A DNA stretch of 64,000 nt, taken from Tubulanus polymorphus. Its lineage: Eukaryota; Animalia; Nemertea. This document shows positions 12,501 to 23,909 of the stretch, in pieces; the stretch's first letter is position 1, and each line of letters opens with the position of its first letter. A model generated the notes under the pieces. That model made no database searches. It was given only the letters and a program-made list of their open reading frames with translations, and had not been told where the DNA came from. The position numbers and the translations under genes are program-made. Where the stretch lies: assembly GCF_964204645.1 (NCBI RefSeq), contig NC_134028.1, positions 26,532,345 through 26,596,344 on the forward strand. The letters run 5' to 3'.

Positions 12501-15500
12501 GACTTTTAGACTCAGTGATGATTGAGTGCTCTTAACATCATGAGACAAATGAATCCGCAAGACAGGCAATCAGCAGTCACCTGTGTTACTACCGCTGTTC
12601 TTACGACTAGTCAGGTCATAAGTCGACCTGAGCTGGGCTTAAACAGTTGTTAGATATTTACTTAGCTAGTTAGTTACTTCAGATCTACCGGTAGTTCAAC
12701 AGTTATCAGTGAAATATGACTCAATGTTATACACCAAATAATTCCGGCCTAACTGCAAAAAGCTAAATAGTGTGTAGCAAAGTTTGCAATTGTAGTTGCA
12801 AGATAGATTCTCATAGCTAGTCAGGGCTGCCAACCTGAAAAGTGCAGTCAGAAACAAGTTGAAATTTTTTTTGAGTATTCCTGAAGTAATCAAGAGGGTA
12901 AGACCCTCAGTAACATATTCTTTCACATTTCTGAACATGTCAAATAGATCAAATCAGTATTTCTTGGGCCAAAATAGTAACAAAATACTGAAAATCAGGA
13001 ACAGATGGCAGCTCTGACTGGTCGCACTTACTCTGGATCCAGTTCCACAGTTAAGTGTTACTTGATCATTTCCCGACGATTTATTTCAAGTCAAATTTCA
13101 CACCAGGACAGCAGAACTCTGTCCATTTGCGAGGTTCATATTTCAACTCACAACTGTGGCACCGGCAAAAGATGAGCGAAGAATCAAACTCTTACCAGTA
13201 TGATACTGGTAAAATAAAGGATGTTATTTACCTGTCCGAATAATTCCGTCCAAGACAAATCGATGTGTAATTTGTAGCTACAAGCTGGATGTAGAATCAA
13301 CTGTAAATGAGCTTGTTTATTTTCAGGTTTAAGTGACTGTAGTTTTAATGACAGTTTCGACGTTCGATCGGGGCTGTAATAAATAGGGGATTAAATATCA
13401 ATTGAAAATTGTTATTTTGAAAGAGTTGTTTTGGTGATATTTGAAATGCGTATTACCTATTATGAGAATCGGAGAATATCGTCATTTGGTTCCAGGATTC
13501 GACGAAAGATAGAAAACTACCGGAATCAAATGCTGAAATAAAGAGATACAAGCGTTTAGCCGAGGACGCAGCGTCTTACAGTTTCTTAGTAAATTCAGGG
13601 TTCCTGCAGATATTTTTATCCCAAATTCCCTGATAATTCCCTGACATTTCCTGATCTAGATCCCAAATTCCCTGATCTTTAATTCAGACTTCTACCGACC
13701 CCCCTGTTTATAAATGGAATACTGATACTAATTTTAGCCAAATGCGCACTGCATACGGAACAAACATGTTTGATCTTGGGAAAATTGTTCTCCGATACCA
13801 CGTTTCTTGTTTTTCATAAAGCCACATGCCACAAGGAAACACAGATAAAGGAAACATGCTGAGAGAGTTTCAATTTACAAGAAACGAGAATGATGTTTCT
13901 GATATCAATCGTGTCTCCTTCCATGTTTCTATGTTTTTCAAATTTGAACAGAGAACCATGAAACGTGATCTCGGAACAGAGACTTGTTTATGTCGATACT
14001 TCTTACCTGTTGACTGGCAGTTAATCGGAATAAGTCTGGCTTTATACGCCTGACGAATCGTCTCGAATCCGTCGAGACTCAGGTTATAGAACACGGCTTG
14101 ATGTTTCGTAGTTTTAATCACGGGCTCCGAGTCGAGGAAAATACGCATCGGTTTCGACAACAACGAATAAATCATTCCCGGAACGGTGACGTTAAACTGA
14201 CGTTCGTTCGCCTCGTAACGATCGACGAATACTTCAAACTATACAGAAAATAATCATACGTTTAAAACATCATCGCGTTCATCCTCGCTTACCAGGGTTT
14301 GATTGCTGCCCGCCGGAGCTCACGCCAACACAAACCCCGAACGCAGACCCTTTATTGGTCTATTACATTGTTCGAGATTGGACAGGTTGCTGCTCAGCGG
14401 CCACCAATCTATGTATTAAGCCAATGAAGGGTTTTGTTGTAACAATGGGAATCACTCTGAGGCCATTATTTGAACATCAAATCTTCAAAACTTGTTTCAG
14501 TGAGGGCCCGGACTCCTGTACAGTTCAAGTGAAATTAATTTCTTCGGGCCCGTTACTGTTGTTACCTTACCTTGCTGTGTGAATATGGAATATTGAGAAC
14601 TATGAATGTGAAATCCCGGACATCATCTTTAGTCAGGTGAATTATCTAAAAACAATAAATGTTAAACTCATGAAGGGGTGGCTCTGGGCTGTGAAAGGGT
14701 GGCTCCAGGCTGTGAAGATTGATATCGGAATACAATGCAGTTTCTTCAATCAGTAACTACAGTTTTAACTATGTCCTACCTTACGAGGAGATATTCCTGG
14801 TGGTATAATCTTTCCTTTATTAGACAAATTCGTCACTTCACGACTGAAATATTGCTGAACATGTTTGAACAGATTGACATTGATTCATCAAATGAATAAA
14901 TAATTGATAAAACACAGTGTTGTAGACAACATAAAATCAATCCACACTAACATTAAAAGTCTGAAGTGTTTTCTTGAGCTATATTTATTTTATGTTCCGA
15001 TTTAGAAGTCACGCTGGAGGCCACATATTTGCCTATTTCCAAAAAGCGAAGGAGTTTTTGGCATTTTGCTCAAATTAAAGGAGTTTCGAGCAATTTTCGA
15101 AGCATGTTTCGGTTTAGAAGGAGTTTTTAAGGAAACAAGGAGCCATAGGGAGCCTGAAACATTTCAGAATCTTATCATTCTTAGCGTTGGATTTTAAATT
15201 ATGCAACGAATGCTAATCTAAAACTGACCAGTTTTTATAATCGTCGATTTTGCAGCCAAGAATCCAATCATTATATCCCTAAATAATAGAGAATTTTATA
15301 AATTAATGACGTTGATTAACGGCCGAAAAATAATTACATCGAGATGTAAAACTCACCAGATTAGTAGTTATAGTAATACGGGTAGATTCCTTCATAGAGA
15401 CAGGTATAAATAAATACCTCGGTTTATCTCCCTGAAAAAAAAAGAGAGATTATCTACCTAAAAACGATACATTGAAACAGTTGAATCTGGACTTATTGAA

Positions 15501-18500
15501 ACCAGTTGAAGTTACTGGGGGTAACTACAACAGTATAAATGAGTCGTAGATTGATTACCTGTTGTGATGCGAACATCCATGAGAATTCTTTCTTCAAAAC
15601 GAACTCGAATCGCGAGTCTAACTGCACGGTTTTGACGTGTCCCTGTTTGTAAGATTTCACTCCCGAATTCGAGATGAAATGATGCCTGAAAACCCGCATA
15701 CGCAGGTTAGAATTCGTTGAAATCTGTCTGGTTTTGTCGTCGATCGCGTCGAACAGCGCCCTCTTTGTAGCAATAACGAACTGTTTACACCACACAATAC
15801 ATAGATGATCGGTTGACATCCAAACTCGAGGCATCGACATCGTCTACAAACAATCACTTTCAGATATAGTCTAATTCAATGACAATATGTGGATAACAAT
15901 ATTTCCTAACTCACATATCCAGGGCCAAGATGGCAGTTTTTTGAATCGCAGAAAATCATAAATTTTTAGGTTTAAGGTCAGCTTATGCATTATCATAGGA
16001 TAGGTTAGTGTAGATTTAAGTTTTCAGGTCAGCATCTGGCCCTGTTGGCTCTAGTTAATTAGACAAATTTCAAAATATTTTCTTGCTTTCACACACTATG
16101 AAACTGGGCCCGGATTTTATTAATCAAGATGAGAGTGAATTGAAATACTTACCATAGAATTGACACGTCTATTCTTAGGCACAACCTACAAAATATATAT
16201 ACACAGTTTAATATATAGAAATGAAAACTTAATTCAAAGATGATTTAGAAATGGTTCAGATTGAACATACATTGTCTAAAGACGTGAATAGATTGGGAAC
16301 TTGAATATCTCTGAATCCGCCTCCCGTTGATACAACCGTAACGTGCGACAGGGAAGTTTTACCGAAACGACGCCAATAATCGTTCACTTTCTCGTAGTAG
16401 TCAGACATGTGACGATCGAATACGAATACTGAAAATAATCATCAAACGCATGAAATTACGACCAGTCGTAGTTGAATCGATGTCTATGAACGTTTGAACA
16501 CAATTGAACGTTGTCGGATCGTGAATCCTTGTTCTGTGATATCAATTAAATACATTTTACTGTACTAAACAATCTATGAATCCCGGATCCAGTTCCACAG
16601 TTCGGTAGGTTAAGTTTGAAATAAGTTCTTTTCAGATGTTTTAAGTCTAAAGAGTAAAATCTTAGATGATAACACTATGGAACTGGCTGAACTCTTATTC
16701 AAGGAATAGAATCAGTTTGAAGGGATAATTAGGCTCGAACTAACCTGGGTGATCGTGAGGAGTTGCTTGAGTGATGATAGTGTGGACCGTAGAGGCATCA
16801 AAACTAGGTAGTGAGAATACACCTCTAGCGACCAGACCTCCCTGAAATATTCATACACAGTACATCAGTCTGCAGCCTGGACCCTGTTCCCCAACACATT
16901 CAATACTTTATCTGTTCAGGATTTGACACTTTTCTAATTAAAAATGAACTTCAAACAGACTGTCCACACTTCAGAGTGTCTGAAAAGCTGACCTAGGGCT
17001 GAAGGGAGTTCCAGGCTGCCCACTGAATTACAATTTAGTTAAATCAACACTCTTTTCTTAGAAATTCTATATCTATTCTCTTACCATGGAATGCCCGACA
17101 AGTACGACCGACTTTGGTGGATTTTTACTCTTCTTATACAACTGTAGAATATGTTTTATACAATGTTGTAAAAATTCTGAAAAAAAAAAAAAAAATTAAT
17201 ATATATTCGAAAAAGATTTTTCAACAGACAGTCAGGTAATCATCCCCTTGTCAGGTATTCCGAAACTGATGGAATCGCTAGAATCAGCCACAGCACGAAA
17301 CCCTGCCACAATAAAATGGGATATCTGATTGGCTAAAATTGACAGGGTTTCGTGCTGAGGCTGAGTCTCGATGCCATCAGGTTTCGAATCCCTGCCGGGG
17401 AGGATGTTAGATAAAGGTATTAGAGTAGCTTTACCTGTCTGATCAGAGAGGGCAGCACCGTACAGGGCCGAATAGGCTTCGTTGAAATCGACGGAGAAGT
17501 AATTGAAGTGTGAATAACTACGCATCGCTTCAGCTTTCCTCAACGCCACTGAACCCAGCGAACGCACCTGTTTAAAGCTACCGGAGTTACCCGGGATAAA
17601 CAACACCGGAATACCGTCATAGCGTCCCTGTTTTAGTGAATCAGTGTAATGTCTGCAAAAGAAATGAAATCGAAGCGAAATATTATGAGTCCAATAAACA
17701 AACATCCGTTAACTGCGGTATAAAATAGGGGTTCCTCCAACCAGTATCCTAGTGCTCCAGTTTATACCTAGAAAATGGTGCACTGGACTGCATGGAGAAA
17801 AGTTTGATCTTCGGACCCCCAGCGACTAGCTGAGCTGCTGGAGGGTACAGCTCCCCTGCCAGGCTCAAGCTCAAACAGCGGCTAGACACTTTAAGAAACA
17901 GAGATCGACCGCTATTCCCATTCCAGGCTAGACTTACCCTTCTCCATATAAATATAGACCATACTTTGGATAATTTTCAGTCACTGCAGAATTCAATTTC
18001 AATTTCTAAAGGAATAAGAAACAGTAACGTTAAAGATTTATTATAAGAAGGAAGCAGGCATAAGCCTCTTCCACTTCGACTCTGATGTGGGAATGACAGC
18101 GGTTGGTACCACGTCCACGGGTCACGCCTCACGGGGCTCGTATTAAAGACAAAGATTGAGCTACTGTAAAAACTATAAACTGTTTATCTTGAGCTCTAAA
18201 GCTGGGCGTAGGTCGACCTTGCGACGCGATCATCGCGTTGCGTCACAAATGGGGGGCGTAAGTCAGTTGCGATGATATTGTCAGCGACTGTGTGCGACTA
18301 GTTGCTCCCAGTCGCAAGAGCGAGTAGATCGGTTGCGACGGTCGCGTTGCGTCTCAGAAAGTAGAACATGTGATCGCAATCGTCGAACAGATGATCGTTT
18401 TACACATACAGTAACTCAAGCCCAAGCGGTAGGCTAGCCCCTGCCCCTCTCCCCGGACCCTGTGGCCTGTCACTGGTCAACTCACCACGTATTCAGGATA

Positions 18501-18620
18501 CTGAAACATCCACGTCATTTCGCACTGATTTTTCTCATAGTTTGTGAAAACATCCCACAATCCGATGACGACAACAACAAACAATATCGTAAACGATATA
18601 TAAATGCTTGAGTTAGACAT
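3598..18620 (-). CDS. PGAP1: GPI inositol-deacylase (PGAP1), multi-exon
   Basis: Exons (internal boundaries approximate): 18486-18620 ([20 protein letters not shown]), 17938-18005 ([12 protein letters not shown]), 17435-17652 ([19 protein letters not shown]), 17085-17176 (VVLVGHSM), ~16745-16842 (GGLVAR..QATPH), ~16271-16427, ~16153-16185, ~15560-15857, ~15357-15431, ~15229-15278, ~14780-14843, ~14571-14646, ~14007-14238, 13232-13300 (..SWTELFGQ), 6295-6382 ([19 protein letters not shown]..), 5695-5788, ~5278-5482, ~4748-4877, ~4360-4493 (..FTVPSLMM), 4182-4277 (VLNVDPTR), 3598-3793. Lipase GHSMG motif and a multi-TM C-terminus resemble vertebrate PGAP1; phases are compatible at the junctions checked. 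Confidence 0.93.
4974..5232. mobile_element. CAGGG-terminated non-autonomous DNA transposon (hAT-like MITE); similar remnants at ~3840-3930, ~12821-13015, ~13596-13680, ~15920-16044, ~44270-44518
   Basis: Inverted ends CAGGGTGGCCAC / GTGGCGCCACCCT with internal repeated TTCCCTGA motifs; no clean target-site duplication seen. Confidence 0.5.
6010..6050 (+). ncRNA. Minimal type I hammerhead-ribozyme-like motif (Penelope-type), with one core substitution
   Basis: TCT-CTGATGA-T-GGGTGGAA(GGA)TTCCACCT-GGAA-CGTT-AGA: stem I TCT/AGA, intact CUGAUGA, 8-bp stem II, GGAA instead of GAAA. Flanked by degenerate inverted repeats (~5951-5973 / ~6068-6091). Confidence 0.5.
6811..7505. repeat. C-rich minisatellite (~39-44-bp unit CCCAACTCAATCCCTACACTACTCCCCCTCCCCTCCCCCT)
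   Basis: Directly visible tandem array with variable C-runs; lies in the large PGAP1 intron. Confidence 0.95.
8335..8560. repeat. Degenerate 15-bp tandem repeat (CACCAGTTTGACCTG-like)
   Basis: Recurring CACCAG(A/T)T(C/T)GAC units at about 15-bp spacing. Confidence 0.65.
9061..9328. repeat. 20-bp minisatellite (ACCGGTTGGGTGTGTGGGTG, about 13 copies)
   Basis: Directly visible head-to-tail array. Confidence 0.95.
10804..12297 (+). CDS. Uncharacterised 497-aa Ser/Thr/Arg/Asp-rich protein nested antisense inside a PGAP1 intron
   Basis: Uninterrupted 1.5-kb ORF, more GC/CpG-rich than its AT-rich surroundings; splice acceptor (ataattgtag|G) just upstream at 10785/10786; candidate 5'UTR exon ending at a GTAAGT donor near 8772; AATAAA overlaps the stop codon. 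No domain recognised. Confidence 0.78.
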   Translation: MFISNGETGNHDDHCSESESFAHAKTSFIGPDSITVLINAKNTAAAHKPDRSSTESSSTGNHDDHDECYEQSALLQHRQRQRVDSVRSSEFESDGIVEYLYNGRRSTATTTFSVQSNIRVKKRSKSAATFNENTMNYRLRRTSSAVNADERLLKRRDKTVNLYFLDNAGKVSPAGKSNISYDCDEGFLSTCDRVSPYRTRAPPGAGDMHRITHQLADMSLYYATERKHQTPTRGRPSTTTTDRQTETENPEKTGKTETKNSEILKRQETEVKTAPKQPELKRSRPWTTGRTTCAKERSLSNKLLNVVSIDDSPLRYSFDPYANIHSVVNSRVTTTTDDDSQTDASLVSSARTESGIYDMRIPADDDDETAGQTSEMRKDELYTLLFDEDMVITNRAVDRGFGCLLKPSRNNPVIDGACYRGLYRYDNSRRHKLRPTRGSRHFQRMLATLRLQLLMGENSPTRERFVKSLQKYSSDNKAPSVNGKKHEPMSSLAGIAE

Positions 18621-18893
18621 TTTGAACCGGTACAGCCCTATACAAATCGAGCGATGCACCACCTGGAGACTGCGACAAGTAATTCGGAATAAGCTCGTTA
18701 CCAGTAAGTCTGGGTATAATTTCTAATTGAATTGAATTGAACTGATAAACCCGGGTACTCGGGGAAGATAATCGAACGCGCTATTGGAACGATTGTAGGT
18801 GGCACCACTGAACGGTTTATCCGAAGTGCGTCGGCTCTGGCAGTCGAGGGTAAACACGGAAGTAATAATTGATAAATTGACAAAACGCAAAAA
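18621..18893. promoter_or_regulatory. Shared/bidirectional promoter region of PGAP1 and WBP2
   Basis: Divergent start codons are only 273 bp apart; CpG-rich with an ETS-like CGGAAGT motif (~18857). Confidence 0.6.
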
Positions 18894-21800
18894 ATGTCTC
18901 TAAATACAGCACACGCTCACGGAGGGGTTCTAATTTACTGTGGAGAGAGGTAATTAATTACTCTAATTAGTATATATTACTAATTACTGGTTGACATGTT
19001 TTCAATTAACGACAATTCTCCGGTTAACAATAACAACACTTTTCTTTTGAATCAACTCAAATCTCAATTTAGTTTCATCTACTAACTACATCTACTAATG
19101 TCTATTTATTAATGGATGAGACCTGTTTTTCTGGGATATTTTGCTTACTTTTTGGGGAACATACCTCATTATTATGTCTTAACAGAATGCCAAAAGTCGC
19201 GGACAACAACTGAATATCCGATATTATTCCAGTTCTGTACCAATTAGATGGATTGGCAAAAAGACTCCTTAAGTCCAGTTGAATGAGAGAGAAAATCCTC
19301 CATTTTGTGAAATTTCTTGAATTTGTACATTGTCACCACGCCTACAAAATGAAGTTATTTTTCTTGTGGGGTCTCAACAACTAAATCAGGGTGGCGTAGA
19401 CATGGTAACAATGTTCAAATCCAAGAAATTTCACAAAATGGAGGATTTATTTTTTTTAAGTAAGCAAAATATCCCAGAAAAACAGGTCTCATCCATTAAT
19501 AAATAGACATTAGGATACTGCATCTGAACCGCGATCGCGCGTATAACGATGCAGGGGGAAAGTGGTGCTATTAGGTGGTGCATACTGAGGAGCAGTTTAT
19601 TGACACTATTTTCTCTTTGACAGGATTTTGATTTATTATGATGGAGTCGAGTTTTGTATTGAACCAGATCAACCGCACCAGGCGATGCGTGGTACCAACA
19701 AAGGCCGTGTTTATTTAACCACTCATAGGGTCAGTCCCTTTTTGTTACTCATAGTTAATTTTTTTGGGGCGAATCTGTAATTCAACCCTTCTGGTCAGTG
19801 ATGGACTGAATCAGTGATGGACTGCTTGTACATAGCATGGCATGATGTTATTATTTAATAGGTTTTATCTCTATTGAAAGATGGCAGCACCTGTTGACGG
19901 AACTAACGATACACCGCACCGCAGTGTACTGTAAACACGATCTAAAGCGATTTCAAATTATCTCCAGGGGCCGGTTCCATAGTCATGACTTAGACTTAAG
20001 CCCAGTCTAAGACCATGTTAGTTCTATGGCCAATCTAACAACTTAAGACTTGAGCCCACTTTTGGACTTAAGTCTCGACTGGAACTGGCCCCAGCACTTT
20101 TGGGTATTAATTAGTCAGCACTGAAAGGGATAAACCATATTATGGTGGTCAGAAGTAATAATCTAATGTACTTTTAATGCTCTCGTTTATTTCACTTATT
20201 GTTATTATATTATGCAGGTTATTTATAACAGTAAGAATAGAAATGACGTTCTTCAATCGTTTTCTATTCCGTTCACGTCGATGAGAAAAATCGAATTAGA
20301 ACAGCCTATATTCGGCTCTAACTATATCAAAGGCAAAGTGATTGCGGAAACTAACGGTAAGAGGAGATATGACTGTTCAACCCCGCAAATATTCAAATAA
20401 ATTACTCATTGTATCAATGAATATAATCATGATATCTAATTGTAGGTAACTGGACTGGTTCGGCTAATTTTAAGTTGTATTTCACTACTGGTGGAGCTAT
20501 CGAGTTCGGACAAGCGATGTTAGAAGCTGGTAAAAGAGGTCAGTGTCTCCAAACATCCGGTTGAATCAATCTGTTACCTAGGCTATGGAGGATGCAGAGT
20601 CTACGCCGAGAGGGGGGGGTATAGTTAGTGAAGACAAAGTTGCTCAATCATTTCCATTGGGATAAGCTTTCATAATCGAATGGAAATTTCCGATTGTGAA
20701 ACTGATCCACATAACAGACAGGCAACTGACTTAGCAGGAGACAGGGTCCAGGTTGATAAATAGCATTTTGAGGGCTATTTTGCGAGTTTGAAGATATGAA
20801 TATTCGATAAAACCTTTTTCAAGTCGATGTTTATCGTTGTTGTTGTTGTTGTTTTTGCAGTTATACGGAACAGACCTGCGCAACCTCCACCATACGCTCC
20901 ACCGTCAGGACGGTACTATCAGGCTCCACCACCGGCCTATACTCCCATGTATCAGGATCCAATGTATTCATTCGTACCGCATCAAACATTCCCAACAGCA
21001 CCACCTGGTGAGTACTTCTGGTTGGAAGAGATTGCTGCCTCTTAAGTACCCTTAAGGACCCAGTTTAATAGATGTTGCTCGATTTAACCTACCGTGGTTC
21101 AGTAGACTTAATTCAGGTCAATCTAATCTCAGTATTCTCCATCTACTGAAATTGTACAGGGACTGCATTATGATATCAGCTTTCAATCAACCAAAAAATA
21201 CAGAAAATTTAAGCTTCATTTTGGTGCAATCTTTTTCACATTAGCTCAATATATTTCAAAGCAATTATCAGCGTGATAGACTATTGACATCCACTCTTGT
21301 TGGGGCAGCAGATATTTTATTAATTGTGGCTAATTTTCAGAGGGTTGATGTGAAAATGATAGTGGTGGCCGCCCCTCTAAACCCTGAACATTGGGAACTG
21401 GGTCGTTGTAATTGTATTCATTCTAAATACAGTTAGGGATTTATATTTTTCAGCTAATGGCGTTTATATGACGGATGCCCCGCCTCCGTACCCAGGGATA
21501 AATCCAAATGAGGCTGCGTATGCTCCTCCGCATCCACCGGGATTTGTAGCCGGGGGCAACGGTGTTGGCGCGCCGCCTCCACCCTACCAAATGCAACCAA
21601 ACAATCAATTCGGTGGATATCCACCTCCACAGAATGGAGCGTATCCACCTCCACAGAATGGAGCGTATCCACCTCCACAGAATGGAGCGTATCCACCTCC
21701 ACAGAATGGAGCATATCCACCTCCACAGAATGGAGCGTATCCACCTCCACAGAATGGAGCGTATCCACCTCCACAGAATGGGGCGTACCCACCTCCACAG

Positions 21801-21992
21801 AATGGAGCGTATCCACCTCCACAGAATGGGGCGTACGGTGCCGGATATCCGTTGTCAGCTAATGATGCGAAGGCGATTGAAGCGAGTGGATATTACAATC
21901 CGAATCAACCGAATACAGCGTTCGTACAGCAGCGTCCGGACGCCGTTCGTTATCCACCATCTTATGACGAAGCCACAAAAAAATCACAGTGA
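18894..21992 (+). CDS. WBP2: WW domain-binding protein 2 (GRAM domain plus PPxY-rich tail)
   Basis: Exons 18894-18949 (MSLNTAHAHGGVLIYCGE), 19624-~19729 (KGRVYLTTHR), 20218-20356 (LQSFSIPF..IELEQPIFGSNYIKG), 20446-20538 (FKLYFTTGGAIEFGQAML), 20861-21007, 21454-21992 (PPPPYPG..PPSYDEATKKSQ). Confidence 0.93.
19095..19513. mobile_element. MITE with 56-bp terminal inverted repeats and an internal second hairpin (19293-19448)
   Basis: 19095-19150 is the reverse complement of 19458-19513 (CTAATGTCTATTTATTAATGGATGAGACCTG...). Located in WBP2 intron 1. Confidence 0.75.
19968..20091. mobile_element. PIF/Harbinger-type MITE, copy 2 (inverted relative to copy 1)
   Basis: GGGCCGGTTCCA...GGAACTGGCCC flanked by CAG on both sides; internal sequence matches the reverse complement of 3020-3161. 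Confidence 0.75.
21618..21833 (+). repeat. Coding 24-bp tandem repeat x9 (YPPPQNGA) in the last WBP2 exon
   Basis: TATCCACCTCCACAGAATGGAGCG repeated nine times with only synonymous variation. Confidence 0.95.
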
Positions 21993-23738
21993 AAATGATA
22001 ATGAAACACTGAATATCGATCTATGATTATTAACCGTGATTTGACTCACTGTGCGATTCAAAACTATACTCGCTTTTTATGTCGGTAATGAGTGCAATGT
22101 AAATATGACATGGGCATGGGACACTGATATGAGTCATGGGCAGATGCAGGATTTTCAAAGAGCGCCCCCCCTCTCTGCTATTGGTCATCCCCCAGAAAAT
22201 GTTCATGCATTCTGAGTATTTTTGTCACTGTTTGATCATCCCATAACTTTAAAATGTACTCTGTACTTTGAAATTTAGCGTTGAAAAACTGCAAAAAACG
22301 GGCCTAATTCGATGGAAATTTAGATGGTGCTCTAGCACCTAAAGCACCCTCTTGATCAGACCTGTACGTGGGATTTCTTGTTAAAGGTGCTAGCTGTTAT
22401 GAATGAGTAGTAGTTATCAATCTGTAGTCAGGGACTACCTCTACAGCATGGAACCACCCATTTAGACTTTCACCATCTGTAGTGTGAAGTTAGGACGATC
22501 GGCGTTTGAAAGTGTGCTGATAAAATGTCTAAAATCTTATTAAGTTCATTAAACTAAAAAACATGCTTCATGTGAAGTGAACATGTGTGAGGTGGTGGAT
22601 GATCATAGGTTGGCGACAAGGTGTTGATTGTCTGAGGGGGTCCAGGCTTTAGGCCATGAGAGAGTTCAAGGTGCAGATTGATAGCTGCATAAAAAAAGCT
22701 GTTAAGTTTTAAAACAAGTAAAAGTTGTTAGTATATATAAACAGTATGACTACTATGTTATTTGTATAGGAGTAGGGCACGATTATTGTATTGATATTAG
22801 AGTTATCTCTTATATTTCACATTAATGTTATACTAATACAATGTAAGAGTCATCATTATTCGCTTATGAAAATGAAATGTGATTAAAATTTCACATTTTT
22901 CAAAAATTTTGACTGAACAAAAGCAGTTTCTACCATAAAACTATTATATTGTGTTCAAGTTGCATTTAACTCTAAATTCTATGTATGGGATTAACAATTT
23001 TGAAGTTCTTGAACACTTTTATATTATATATGTGTGGATTTATGGTTTCACAGACTGCTAGTCTCTGTGTGTATCAGTACTAATTTGATGTTATTTCGAT
23101 TATTTACGAATAAAAGATTCTAATTGTAGTTAATGCTAATTCCTTGACAGTTTCTTTTATTCTTGCTGTGCTACTGGGATACGTGGAAGCAGGGCAGTGT
23201 GATGATTCTCATCACACTTCCCTGGTGGAAGAAAGGTTGTGGATTACTGATAAAATGTCATGTGCGGGGTGGGTAGACTGGTTGCCTGTCCCATTCAATA
23301 TCGAATATGACCGGTAAACCAGTCTATGGGGCATTCGCACCGCAAGTGAATTATTGGGATTCGAACCCATGTGGAAGTGGCAGATTTCTCAAGATGGCCG
23401 TCTTTTGACAGTCGAGTAAGTAAACAAACAATTATCTGTCAAACGGCCACAAAAACTGAGTTACCGGTAGTTTAATACGGATTGATGGATATGAGGATTA
23501 TTGATTACCTGAAGTGCATTTACAGATTAAACAGGTTAATTTAAAATGTTCTACTATTGAAAGAAATGTGTCATTTAAACACAAAATGATTCTTAATTCT
23601 CACGATTCACACTCCACACTTGACACTCACTATGACTATGAGTGAGGACGGACGAGTGATACTCAGCTTTGAGCAGAGGGGCCTGACGCAAAAAGTATCC
23701 TAGGCACACCAGAGTAGTCTACACCAGATAGCATCCTG

Positions 23739-23842
23739 GGGCCGGTTGCATAAATACCATAGTAACAATGAACTTCTTTCTAATCATCACTATGTCAACT
23801 ATCCACTGGTTAACTCTAACCAACTTTTGAGCAACTGCAGCC
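23739..23842. mobile_element. PIF/Harbinger-type MITE, divergent copy
   Basis: GGGCCGGTTGCA...GCAACTGCAGCC flanked by a CTG direct repeat. Confidence 0.55.
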
Positions 23843-23909
23843 CTGGTGTCAAAGTACGTGTCAAATATACAACAATAATATTGATGTATTTCAGGTGTGT
23901 TGATTGAAG

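Noticed and set aside
21454-22026. Alternative-frame ORFs (MEVDTLHS and HLHRMERI repeats)
   Set aside because: Shadows of the WBP2 24-bp coding repeat.
23340-23375. tRNA gene suggested by a GGGTTCGAATCCC B-box on the minus strand
   Set aside because: No A-box or cloverleaf could be folded.
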